Of a stretch of DNA of 64,000 nucleotides, positions 1 through 11,968 are shown in pieces. Within the stretch, counting starts at the first letter, position 1, and each line of letters starts with the position of its first letter. A model generated the notes under the pieces. That model made no database searches, was not told the DNA's origin, and saw only the letters and a program-made list of their open reading frames with translations. Where the stretch lies: assembly GCA_010093605.1 (NCBI GenBank), contig MU004183.1, forward strand, positions 868,001-932,000, given 5' to 3'. Origin of the DNA: Lophium mytilinum (Eukaryota). The translations under genes and the position numbers were made by a program.

Positions 1-1183
1 TTATGCCTTCGCCATCGCATCCGGATGTTCCCCAATGACAGCCTACGGCAGCTCCTCGCAAACTATCTTCGACTGCCTAGTCTCCAAAGATACCGAAACA
101 CTCCAACGCGCTAGCTACAATATCTCTAGTTCCGGCACGTATGGCACCTGGGGGTTCCTCCCCGTTACCGACGGCGTCTTCATCCAGCAACTCCCCAGCA
201 TACAGCTCCAGTCCAAGAAAGTAAACGGACTGAACATCCTCTCCGGGGTGTGTATTACCCACTACCCCAACTAACAGAAGCCTCTTACGCAGTAGCTCTA
301 ACACGTGACTAGAACAACGCAGAAGAGGGCGCACCCTTCACGACTCCCAATATTACTACCGAAGCCGACCTCGTAGCCTGGTTGACCTTAACCTTCCCTC
401 TTTTCTCCCCTGACGACATCGACAAGATCCTGCTCTACTACCCTAGCAGCGATGCCTCTGACACGTCCGGCATGCCCGAGTACGCGACCTCCGGGATCGC
501 GAGCGGAACAGGCGCCACAGCTGTCAACGTTTCACAGGTAGCGGCGGGACAGCAACAGCGAGCTGACGTACGTAACTTTTCCTTAAAGCACTCGCAGTCC
601 CACCGTGCCCCCGGTAAATGGTTTCCTAACACAAAACTTGACGACATTGCAGAACATCTACGCCGAAACCACGTTCGTCTGCCCCAGCTACTGGCTCGCC
701 ACCGCCTTCACCCCCTCGCGCGCCTCCCCCTCCGCAAAAAGCTGGAAATACCAATACTCGGTCCCAAACGCCTACCACGGCGCCGACGTGACCTCCTACT
801 TCGGCCCCGCACATCCAAACCAAGGCCCTTCCCTCCTCGCCGCCGTGCAACACATCTGGGGCGCGTTCATCACGACGAACAACCCGTCCATCCCGGCTAG
901 TATCGCGAACAGCATGGGTGAGGTGGTTGGAGATGGGGAGACGGTGTTTAATGGGACGTGGCCGACTTTCTCTACGAAATTGCCGTGGTTGCTGAATATG
1001 AATCAGACCGGGGGGGAGGCGTTTAGCACGAATGTGGGGACGCCGAATATGGAGAATGTGACGGAGTTCCAAGGGCCGGGGTTGCGGAATGCGTTTGGCT
1101 TGGCGAATGGGTATACGTGGGAGGGGGGCAGGGGGGTGAGGTGCGATTTTTGGAGGGCGATGGGGGGGAGTGTGCCGGAGTAG
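1..1183 (+). CDS. Type-B carboxylesterase/lipase, 3' part (5' end lies outside the window)
   Basis: Exons <1-247, 313-567, 653-1183 joined by GT-AG introns give FLPVTDG..GNNAEEG..NIYAETTFVCPSYWLA..AYHGADV..RCDFW, typical of a COesterase C-terminal half with catalytic Glu and His. Confidence 0.85.
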
Positions 1184-2210
1184 GGGACGAGGGGGTTGGG
1201 GGATAGAGGAAATGGGTAGGAGGGGGGTGAGTAGTGATATAAAAGTGATTTTTTGGTAAGCGAGGGGGTGGATGGGGATTTGGTACTCAAGCTGGTAAAA
1301 CGTTCGAAGCTGATAAGCGGCGGTATGTTGATAGCTGGCTACCGCAGCGACGTGTCAGCTAGATTAATCTAGTTTTGATCTTTTGACCGAAGTCTCCATG
1401 CCTTTTCTTGCTAGCTCGTGGATACTCAAAAACCTTATGGGCCAATCAACTTCATCCACTAACCAGAATCTTAGACTAAGATGGGTGACGAACAAAGGCG
1501 CCGGACAGCAAAGTTCAAGGAGATGCGAGGTAGGTTGTTATTCAACTGTAAGTTGATTGGCCGAGTTCTTGAAACCGAACCAGAGGTGTCAGCTCATCTA
1601 ATCAATCTGGGCCCAATGGTTAATGTAATCTAATCACGCTCCAACTAGCGCTAATGTGACCTATTATGAACTCAAATACAGTATGCGATCTATTTCAAGC
1701 CCTGGAATCATCAAAATACGCGGACAAAAGCGGCGGAAGTCCACCGGAAGTAAAAGCTATCGGCCATCTTCGGCTCCGGGGCGGGTCATAAATATAACCG
1801 AATGAACAGATTTCAGCATCGTTCCCTTATATCTAATACCTGGTTGGCTAGGGTTTGGGGGTTCGGAGGGTCTGAAACCCGTTGGAATCCCACATAAACC
1901 TTTGACCCCAGCAACGATCCAACAAGGCCTCCAACGCACTAACGGATAATCATGCAATGGTAACACCAGAAGGCTTGATTTCCCCCTCGGAATTTCCTAC
2001 ATAAAGACGGCGGTGCGACTCTTCAAGCAAGCACTAGCGACCTAGCAATCTCGTATACTGCCATAGTCACGTGAACTTCCAGAACTGTCTTCAAGCATTT
2101 AGCATCAATCGGTCAACATCCGGATAAAGATACCGTCATCCACGCCCTTAGTTTTGTTTGGCAGTTTATCCGCCGCATCTCTTCCTCTAGCTCAAAAACC
2201 CTCGGCTGTC

Positions 2211-3357
2211 ATGTCGACAACTCCACGAATTGCTCCAGGCGGCCTTGTCCTAGTCACAGGTACTTGACTCGATAAAACTATAATCCGTTATTCAGTGGCC
2301 GACTAATGTTTCGAAAGGGGCAAGCGGCTATATAGGAAGTCACGTTGTCGATCAGCTCCTCAAGAAAGGCTATCGAGTACGTGGCACAGTTCGAGACGCC
2401 ACAGCACAAGCATGGATGACCACCCATTTCGGCGACAATTTTAGCCTCGTCCAGGTGCAGGACCTCTCTGCCCCGAATGCCTTGGATGAAGCTGTAAAGG
2501 GCGTTGATGGGATTGCCCACGTAGCTTCCGACGTCCACATCAGCGCCGACGCCGAGAACTGGATCCCACCAATCGTCCAAGCAGCCATAAATGTCCTTGA
2601 AGCGGCTGCCAAAGAACCTAGTGTCAAGAGCGTGGTATATTGCTCTTCTAACGCGGCGATGCACCGGCTCCAAACAAACACCCCATATGAACTCACCAGT
2701 GATAGCTGGAATGACGAGGCAGTTGAGATGGCCTACAAGAAAGACGGAGTTGCTGATATCGAGAGAATGGTCGATGTATACTCTGCCTCAAAGGTTTTGG
2801 CCGAAAGGGCCTCTTGGGAGTGGGTCAAGAAAAATCAGCCACAGTTCGTCTTCAACACCATCATCCCCAATGTCAACTTCGGAGGCGTGGTATCGCTCAA
2901 GCATCAGGGCTTCCGTTCATCTGCCGGCTTAGTGAAGGCAATTTGGTATGGACAGACTATTGGGATGGCTTTGATCAAGCCGCAGTGGTGCTTGGATGTC
3001 GAAGACGACGCTCTGCTTCATATAGCTGCTCTCGTCCTTCCTGGCGTCAAGAACGAGCGCGTTATCGCAATGGCTTACCGGTTTGACTGGACTCAGATTC
3101 TTGATATCTTGAAGAAGCTGTATCCAGACCACGACTTCCCACTGGAATCGCTTCCGGATATGGGCAAGGACATGGGAAAGGTTTCTACGGAACGGTCTGA
3201 GGAACTGATTCGACAGATGGGTAAATCGGGTTTCACATCTCTGGAAGACACAATTAGAAAATCGGTTGAGCCAATTCTGGAGGCAGAGGGAGGGGCTGAG
3301 TATCCGCTCACTGAAATGGATAGAATCTATGAGCAGCAGAAGACTCCGCAGGAGTGA
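2211..3357 (+). CDS. NAD(P)-dependent aldehyde reductase II / epimerase-dehydratase (extended SDR)
   Basis: ATG 2211, intron 2260-2317; VLVTGASGYIGSHVV Rossmann motif and YSASK catalytic YxxxK. Confidence 0.9.
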
Positions 3358-3490
3358 ACTCCAGAGCTGAGTCGGCTTACAAATGTGTTTTTCACATCCC
3401 GAATTACCCATTGCAAATGCGAAAGATGGGTTGGAAGGCAAATGACAATCTTTGAAGGAAAACCCTGCTTGAAGTCTATCTTTCGGTGCT

Positions 3491-4629
3491 TTAAGACGCG
3501 GAGTGTTTCCATGCAAAGCCGTCAATCCTACAAATAGTTAGAAAAGTGCATTTTGTCCTGTTGCCTTCGAGTATACACTTACCCTTCCCCTTTGAGTATT
3601 TCCGGTAACTCATCATCTTTGAAGCTGTCCCAGATACTCTTCTCCTTAGCCTCCCATCCTAATTCCCTCAGTCTTACTGCTCGGCTACGAGAGTTCAAAC
3701 CAAATACATTCCCGGTCGCCTCGCCCTGCGTTCGTCAGAAACCCCTCATATACAGAGTTAGAATAGAAGAGGACAAAACATACCCATAACTCTCCATAAT
3801 CCTCCTTCCCAAAAGTTCTTGGCGTCTTATCCTTAATCAACCCCTTCTCATACAGCGCCTCTCCGATATGCTCCGCAACCTCCTTCCAGCTGAACTCACT
3901 GCCATTTTCACAGAAGAAGTACGGGTTCGCAAGAAACTCCTTGCTCGGCGTAGTTTCCAGGTGACGCAAAAGGATCACGTACGCTCGTGCTAGATCCCTG
4001 ACATGGACCTGGGACTCAACCGCCAACCCCTTACCCACATGTCCAACCCAGCCGCGCTTTAGCGCAAGTCGCGCTATCATCGGAAGCTGAACCGTCAACC
4101 TCTTAACCGCAGGATTGAACCCATAGATCTCCGGCGGAATAATAATGACTATTTTCGCATCCTCCCCAATCTCTTTAGCCGCCTTCACAATCAGGGAATC
4201 TACATCCCGGTGCGCCGCGGTATCGGGCAGCGCATCGATCTCCTCAGGCTTGTTGTCGTAGTAGATCTTGTCGCCTTTCCAATCGCCCCACGCGCCGTCG
4301 TCGAGCGCGCCGGTCCCGCTCGTGTGGATGAAGATGGTCTTCTTGCCCTCGGCTTTCCGCTGCTTGATGCCGGCGATGATGGCTTCGGCCAGAGGGACGT
4401 GGTCACAGCTTGCGGTGTTGATCGTGATGTCGCTTTTTGCGGTGTGTTCTTTGATCAAGTCGTGATCTTCAAGGTTGCCGATGATGGTGATGGCGCCGGA
4501 TTTCTCGATTTGCTTTGCATGCGCTTCACGGCGGACTAGGGCGGATATCGGGTAGCCTTCTGGGATGAGGAGCTCGAGGACGTTCCACCCGACGAAGCCA
4601 GGGCCGATTATGAAGATTGATTGAGGCAT
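3491..4629 (-). CDS. NAD(P)-binding epimerase/dehydratase family protein (atypical SDR)
   Basis: IFIIGPGFVG, HTSGTG, VHVRDLARAY; introns 3783-3726 and 3582-3528 extend the ORF through NSRSRAVRLRELGW to TAA at 3491. Confidence 0.88.
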
Positions 4630-5339
4630 CTTGGTATTCTAGTCGTATAGACTTGGTTGAAGATCAGATTATGGAAAACGTTTTGAGGCGAGGGTTCTGC
4701 TTTTTATACTCCGGAGTAATAAGAAAGTCGGAGAGATTCTGGTTCATGAAAGTAGATGTGTTGTTCCGTTGACGTCAATGCGAAGAGATGCTATTACAAA
4801 GCATGGTGGATACATCGCGGAAGACTTACCGACCTCCTCCCCATGTTCTTGCCAAGAGGAACGGATGTGGTTTGGTTGTGGGTCTGTCGGAAACCTTAAT
4901 AGAACATCGTACCCTACCTGTTATGCACTGCTGCGATGAACGACTTCAAAGGTGCCAATGGGGACCTTCTTCATTTCTCCAGTCTTCCTTCGTAACTCAT
5001 GTCGTAGTCTGTTCACTACAACACGCTGGGGAAATCGCGACCAAACGCGATGACCGGACAACCGATGGAAAGATACGCCATGAGATGGATGCTAACGAAA
5101 GGGGCAAGCAGACTCTGAAAAGATAGTTCAACCTCTTGAACGTTTTCTAACGCCATGTAGTTAGACCATGTTCCACAAGGTTAGCGCTCACGGGAGCCTG
5201 GATATTCTAGCGTTGGGGGCCTGAGGGGAAGCTCTCCATAAGAGCAAACGAATCTGCATTTCTCACCCCCGCTCCAGCATTTCAAAATCCTCAATACTCA
5301 TCTTATTTTCAAACTACACAGGGCAGACGTGAAATTACA

Positions 5340-7038
5340 ATGGCTTCTGTGGGTTCGTTGCCGCTCATACCATGGTCGCACATCAAGATACTCTCGCTGC
5401 AGGATTCCAGCGAGATAGCCAGCCTTGTCTTGCCAAGCATAGGAGATCTCATGATACTAGGCTACATCGACGAAGCAAATCAGTTAGTGTCGTTTTTCTA
5501 TGAAAATGAGCTGAAATTCGAAGTACAAGAGTGGATGTATCTTGCATGGACGAGTACGGATAAGTTTCCCACAGTATTAGGAAAGAGCGATTCAAAGGGC
5601 CGGAAAGAATGGTTTAAAGATGACGATAGCAAGGAAAGGAAACTGAAAGACTTTGAGAAGCATCCGGAATGGCCTCGGCGGCTACAAAGCGCAAACCCAA
5701 ATTTCACGAAAGAAGATCTGGAGTATGCATTAGAGGAGGCTATCGAGGATGGAATGCTACGACATGACGGGGCTGCCGTGGAGGTGGCGTTAGGGCTTGG
5801 TGACAAGCAAACTGCAGAGGAAATTGTCAAAGAGCAAATTGTGAAGAAGTTTCGATTGTTGAATGAAAAGAAAGAGAGCAAGAGTAGGATTGAGGTGGAA
5901 GACTTGCGAATCAGCAGACATCAGATTGTAGAGAGCCAAAGAGTTTGGGACATACTTAACACTAAACTTGTGGGCAACGAGCTCGGAGTTGATGGAAATG
6001 CAGTTGCGGAGTACGTCACGCAAGGGATTGAGTTGATCAAAGAACGATTGGGCAGAGGTCCGGCTCGTCCGTATGCCGATATGACTATACCAGATCTACT
6101 GATACTCTTGGATGAGAGCTACATTGCAGCACGAAAGGCCAACCCGGAGGCTGGATCGCATATGAACATCATCGGCAGTTCTCTCCCTAAGACTTTCTTG
6201 AAAGATCCAGCGACGGAGGAAGAGATCACAAACTTAGAAACGATACTAGGCGCAAACGAAGAAAATTGGTCAACAGATGAGGCTTTTGAGCTTCCTGAGG
6301 ACTACAAATCGTTTTTACGAGTTTCCAATGGTTTCTATGTTGATACCCCAGATGATAACTGCGGCGAGTTCTACGGCGCTTCTGCAGTGGAGTGGGATGA
6401 TGGCTTCATCGCGGACATTGAACCTGAACTTCTTCCGAATGATTACAACACTTATTCAGAAGAAATGGATGCGATACAAGTACCTGACCCAAAAGGCTTT
6501 TCCATCAGCGCTGGTGGCGATGAGGGGAATGTGTGGCTGGTACACCCCAAATGTTTAGAGGCTGCGCTTGAGGCTTTTGAAGAGACGTACAAAAACGCCT
6601 CCGAGAAACATCAAAGGTTGTACGAGCGAGCGGCTCAAGATCTATATGGCGGGCTGGATGAAATGAGAAACATGGAATGGCTGGTTGTCGTGGTCTTTCA
6701 CTGGAATCCGGAACCGCAGCCGTATAGGTAAGATTATGAGTGCAGCCTATCATCGTGCGACAGGAATACTTACGGGCGCCTTTAGGGAGTTTAGAGGCTA
6801 TCTAGAAGAAGCTGTCAAGTACGCTGTGGATACGAGAGCGGACGACGAGCTCGCACTAGAGATGGAGAAAAGCGGAAAACGTGGGTTGAAGCGAAAGCAC
6901 GATGACAAAGATGAAGAAGACGGCAAATCGGGAGAAGAGCAAGACGAGGAAGAGGGTGAGAGCGATGCGGAAGACGACGACGACTCTGAAGAAGGTGAAG
7001 AAGAAGACGACGGGGGAGGATCGCCTTCGGATGACTAG
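5340..7038 (+). CDS. SMI1/KNR4-domain protein with basic NLS-like patch and acidic C-terminal tail
   Basis: PATEEEITNLE..LPEDYKSFLRVSNG is the SMI1/KNR4 signature; intron 6728-6785 joins in frame to EFRGYLE..KRGLKRKH and a D/E-rich tail. Confidence 0.8.
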
Positions 7039-7552
7039 AGTCTAGGGCTGCAGGTCGAATGACCTCTCCCGTGAAGTCCTCCGAACCCCTAACTACAACC
7101 GCAGCACACTAACTTCACAAATCAAAAATAAAAGACTTCTTCAAAGTGGTAGCATACCACGTCACTGTACATCGACTACCGAATCCACATCTTGCAGAAC
7201 TTCTCTGATCCAGATCGTCAGCACTTCGACTTTAGAAGTACTCTGAGGCTCTATCCATTCCCAGCGCGCTCGCATTGTGTGACAAAATCTGCACAATTCT
7301 AGAAATTTGCTCACAAAAGTTGTCTTATTCGTCATTCGGGTTTGCAAACATCTACGTTTGCATCTAAAACTCACTATAGGCGCCAAACCACTTAATAAGA
7401 GGTGAGTACGTATATGTACACGCACAAGACTAAGGCCCGCCCCAAGCTGCCTCTGTCCCGCTTAGGACAAGCTTACCCTGGTACAATCCATTCAGGGCCA
7501 TGTAGGACTTCGAGCTAGCCATCAGCCGTGCTCGCCCGGTCCGGTCCGACTC

Positions 7553-8944
7553 CTAAGATGCAATAGGAGTAGAGTAATACTCTGCGTCCATCCCACGCAG
7601 GACTTCGAGCTCCTTCGCCAATGGTTCCAAAACTTCCGGACGCACGTGTTGCATATGCTTGAATGCAGACTTCATGAAAGAAGAGCTGCCTATGCTGACA
7701 GAGCGTCGGCTCCGGTCAGGATACTCCTGCATGATTTCTTCCTCCTTTAGTCCCCAACGGACTGTCTTAACAGTCTTTGGGATCGAACCGATCAACCTGC
7801 GCATGAGCTCTCTCACTTTGAGCGGTGCGTGTGCTGTCCCGTCATAGAAGGCTTGAAGCTCTGGTGGAGCGTATCCATGGAGAATGGAAATCCGCAAGTG
7901 CTGCAAATTCTTCATACCGTGGAGGCCCCGGACTGATATTTTTTCTAAGATACGGTATGGTGCGTAGCCGTACTCCGGGTCTTGCGCATGTGTGTAAACG
8001 CGCAGATTAATGGTGATATGCAGTTTTCGGATCTCGCTGAGGTTCCACCCCGGCGATCCAGCCATACCGTCAAGGAGCCACATCTCATTGTCATGTTCAA
8101 TGCATTGCTCGTGGTACTTCTCTCCCTTGCTGATTGCACGTGGATCGTGGTTCTCCGGCTCGAATACATCAAAGCACCAGCGCTTCAGACCCAAATCGAC
8201 TTGATAGATAGATTCTTCGAAGAGAACCTTCCTGCCTTCTTCGCGCAGCTGCTTTGATGCCTGGAGAATAGCGGTCCGATTTGATGAGAGACACAAGCGC
8301 GAGTAATCAAATGCGTCTAAGTTGAGAGGACGCATCTTCGGTCTATCGCCTAGGATTTGAGACACTGGGGGCAAGACGACATGATGGTAGACCATGTCCC
8401 GAATTTCCCGTGGAAGATCAAGGAATCGAAATGGCCCGGATCGTGAGAATGGCTCCCGGTTTGCGTCCATCATGTTAACATTGGCTCTCAGTTCTGCAAG
8501 TTGCTTCTTCAATTCTCCCTCTCCCTTCTTTTTATTGGGCTGAGGCTTTGCCGGAGGTGCCTTCGGCTTTTTCTTCGCTGGCTTCGCCTTCGTTGTCATC
8601 TTCTTAGCCTTCTTCACTTTCGGAGCCTCTACATCATCCTTGTCATTGATGATCTTCTTGCGTGCACTGTCAACAACTGTTAGCAACCGCGTTGCGATAA
8701 GATTACTTTGACTCCATGGGAGCAGTGCTTACTTCTTTGGAGTTGGCTGATCAACTGCGTAGTTATCCAAGGTAGACATCCTCGAATCCCGCGCAGGATT
8801 GCGTCGCGGCTGTGTAGACGGGACGACAGAAGCATCGGAGACGACCGTCGTGTCTTCCGGTTGAGCAGCGGCCTGGACCATATCCCGAACATTGAGTCGA
8901 CGCGCGGCTTTGGGAAGGACAGCAGGATGGCGTGTCTTTGCCAT
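7553..8944 (-). CDS. F-box-like (DUF7730-like) protein, paralogue A
   Basis: ATG 8944, phase-2 intron 8732-8667; GPFRFLDLPREIRDMVY, GWNLSEIRKL, SIPKTV..VRWG, RGMDAEYY. Confidence 0.8.
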
Positions 8945-9069
8945 GGTGATAGCTTGCACAACACTCACACTTTACGATTTAGTAGTTGGTGTGGTGCTGG
9001 AAGTGGTGGTGTGGGGTTCAGGGGGTGGGATGCAGAAAGATTTAAGGGGAGACCAAAACAAGAGCTCTC

Positions 9070-9192
9070 TTATATAGACACGGAGTGGTAAGATCGCATT
9101 CACTTACCGTCTCTACAGAGGGTCGAGTATATCACGTTGAATCATTACCGCCCCGGCCTATTCACTAGAAGTCTATTAGCCTGGGTATATAA
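9070..9192. promoter_or_regulatory. Divergent TATA boxes of the paralogue A/B pair
   Basis: TATATAA on minus strand at 9070-9076 and on plus strand at 9186-9192, each followed by a pyrimidine-rich, CCACCAC-containing leader. Confidence 0.55.
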
Positions 9193-9339
9193 CCTTCATC
9201 TCGAATCCTTTTCCTGTAACTCGACCAACTTTTACCCCGTCCACCACTACCACCGGCTGCCAACACCACAAGCTTTGCTTACCACCCAGAGCACTCACCA
9301 ACAACCCAGCCTTCCGCAGCCAGTTCTCAGCTGAGAATC

Positions 9340-10563
9340 ATGCAACTGCGGTCCGGTAGAGAGGCGCAGGCCGGCGGCCCCAACGAAGTAAGAATCTCCC
9401 CCCGGTTCCGTGTCTGAAGACAATCGCTGACTGTTGATCGTAGCAAGCGCAAGAGGAACGATAACGCCACTCCAAGCACTCCCGGTGCGAAGCGGCCTAA
9501 GTTTGACCCGACAAAGCCTCAGCAGGGACAAGCCAACAGTTCGCAGACTGATCCACAGATGATCACAACGCCTCCCGCCAAACCTTGGGAGCCGACGGGA
9601 CCGTTTCGCTTTCTCGACCTCCCCAGAGAGCTTCGTGATGTGGTGTATGGTCACATCTTCAACTCACTCCCTGGTGAAGTATCAGAGTCTAAATCACCGA
9701 CCATCGTAAAGCCCGCCAAAGGGGAAGGCCCAGTATACGACCGTCCGGATTTCCGGCTTCAAAAAAGTCATGTAATCATTCAGTCCTGCAAACAGGTGCA
9801 CGAAGAGGTGAAGGACACCATATACGGCCTTCATACTTTCTCGATCACGCTAGACAAGCAGCATCCCCACTTCCATTGTCCCCTCCATGCAACACATCGA
9901 ACCGACGGAAGCAAGATTCCCCTTCCAAGCAACGCGGCGAATGCAGACATAGAAGACGCTTTCATGGACGAGGATTTGTTGGTTCGCCCACCCGTCGTTC
10001 AATACAATGGTCCTTTTCGAGGCTGGATGACCCGCAGGGCCTGTTACAATCGCAGACCAAGGACGCAACATGGATGGGACCTCACTGCAGTCCGCAAGCT
10101 GAACCTTAAGCTCGATCTTGCTCTAGGAAGAGAGCACTACGTGCTGTTCAACAATCGCGTACCCGACGTCTACAAACATTTGTCCAACTTTTCTTTCAGG
10201 GGTCTCTATGCAATGAAGGAGCTGCAAGATCTCTGCGTATCAATCGCGTACGGCCCTGATTGTCCTCCAGCACTTTTGGCATTTTTTGAAGGAAACGGCA
10301 AGGCCCTCGTCAAGGTACGCGAGCTGATACGGACTCTGATGGCCTCAATCCCGAAGACTGTGAACAACGTCCGGTGGAATTTCACGAAATCCGAATACGA
10401 CGTTGAATGGACTGTGGGCAATGCATTCCAAGTCAAAGGATGGACTGAAGTAAACGGGAATTTTTTGGAGAAGCTCGCGAAGGAGTTCGAGGCGTGCCGT
10501 GGTATGGACGCTGAATACTTCCAGGAAGAGGCCGAGGCGGAGGTCGAGGCAGAGAATGAATAA
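9340..10563 (+). CDS. F-box-like (DUF7730-like) protein, paralogue B
   Basis: MQLRSG start 9340, intron from 9388 (acceptor 9443 or 9447); GPFRFLDLPRELRDVVY, GWDLTAVRKL, SIPKTV..VRW, RGMDAEYF. Confidence 0.78.
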
Positions 10564-10989
10564 GCCTAGGTATGTAGAGGTGGTACCGGCTATCTCTGGG
10601 GAGTCAATATGACTGAGAGTCCTTGAAAACAAGTTATGCCATACTCTCATCCAGGTAATCGGTTGGTGATAGGGACTTGGGGGGATGTTTATGACCTCTT
10701 TAGCTTTTTGGAGAGATGATAGCCTTTTGACGATGCGCAAGAGGAACTACACAAACACTAGATAGAGTACCAACTAAGTATTTGAAATCATCTGATCCGC
10801 GCTCTCGTGAACGATACATCGTCGCCAAAACCTGAAGTGACATCTAAAGACATCCCTGAAAACAGCAAGAAAAGCTGAAGTAAGTCTGCGTACAATCTAT
10901 CATTGCTTCAAAAACAAGGAGTGTTACTTGGTAGGGAAAGTCGATGTCAGAGACTATGGCCAAAAAGAAATGATGTCGCAAAATGAGAA

Positions 10990-11136
10990 AAAGAAAGATG
11001 GCACAAGTGGGAATCGAACTCCAAAAAGTTACATCCACCCCGGTGGGGGTAAAGGTGAGGGAGCTCCGGTGAGATAGGTGAACCGAATCGCCTTCACTAG
11101 GGCATACAACCCACCACTGTAACTTTGAGGTAGCCA
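10990..11136 (-). ncRNA. tRNA-like / Pol III-type element with interrupted T-arm
   Basis: Minus strand reads GTTCGATTCCCACTTGTGCCA then a T-rich tract; B box at 11011-11019; the T-stem partner GTGGG lies ~90 nt upstream; no clean cloverleaf. Confidence 0.4.
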
Positions 11137-11968
11137 GAAATGTTACAAAATATATGCACATGTTAAACGCTTAGGCCCACTTATGTTTATTTACTGCTAC
11201 GTCACCACCCGTGGCTCTCTGTGACTAGTTGAACCCATTTGAAGTGCTCGAAAGACGAGACTGTATAGACGGGAGTGTGAGCCTGCTGTGAGCCATGAGC
11301 ACGTGACACGCATATAAAACCCTGTTTATTATACAAAGGGCTCTTAGAGTCTATACGCTACGTTCTTAGGGATCCCTCCTAATAAGTAGCTCGGTGTTTA
11401 AATAAATTGTCTAAATCTAAAGTTGGGGGAAGTCAGGAGCAAAAGTCTAGCGAGATCACGGAATCATGGTCACTGTAGTAGTCACAAGAGCGAAGGCAAA
11501 TGCATGAATTCCAAATATTCATTACTGTATACAAATATCCTTACATGCAACAGTGTCCCCGAGTTATCTAAAATCTAAAGAAGCAAGCCCTAGTAGCTTG
11601 TGCTGACCGGCCAAACCCGCGCCCCTTTTTTATAGTCCGCAATATACTCGCTTGACCAGAGTGACATGTCCCTATGTCTATGAAGAATAAGAAGGTACTA
11701 AAAGCAGTTTTGACATCGTTATGTCATGGAAATAAAAGACTGTGTGGAATTAGGTGAACCTGTTAGGAAGAGGTGACGACAGATAATGTACTGAGTGTTG
11801 TGAAACAAGGAAAGAGGCTACACATTGAGTGAGAACCTAGCAGACTCGCGAAAGCCATGCTAGTAGTCTACAACAATCAAACATTGCCTGCGAACGGATA
11901 TAATTGATGAACTTGAGGATCCCCACAGATCCAGACGCACAAGGTATCTAGAAGAGGTGGGAGGTGTC

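Noticed and set aside
1..4629. Carboxylesterase plus two SDRs as a secondary-metabolite cluster
   Set aside because: No backbone enzyme, transporter or regulator in view; such neighbours are common
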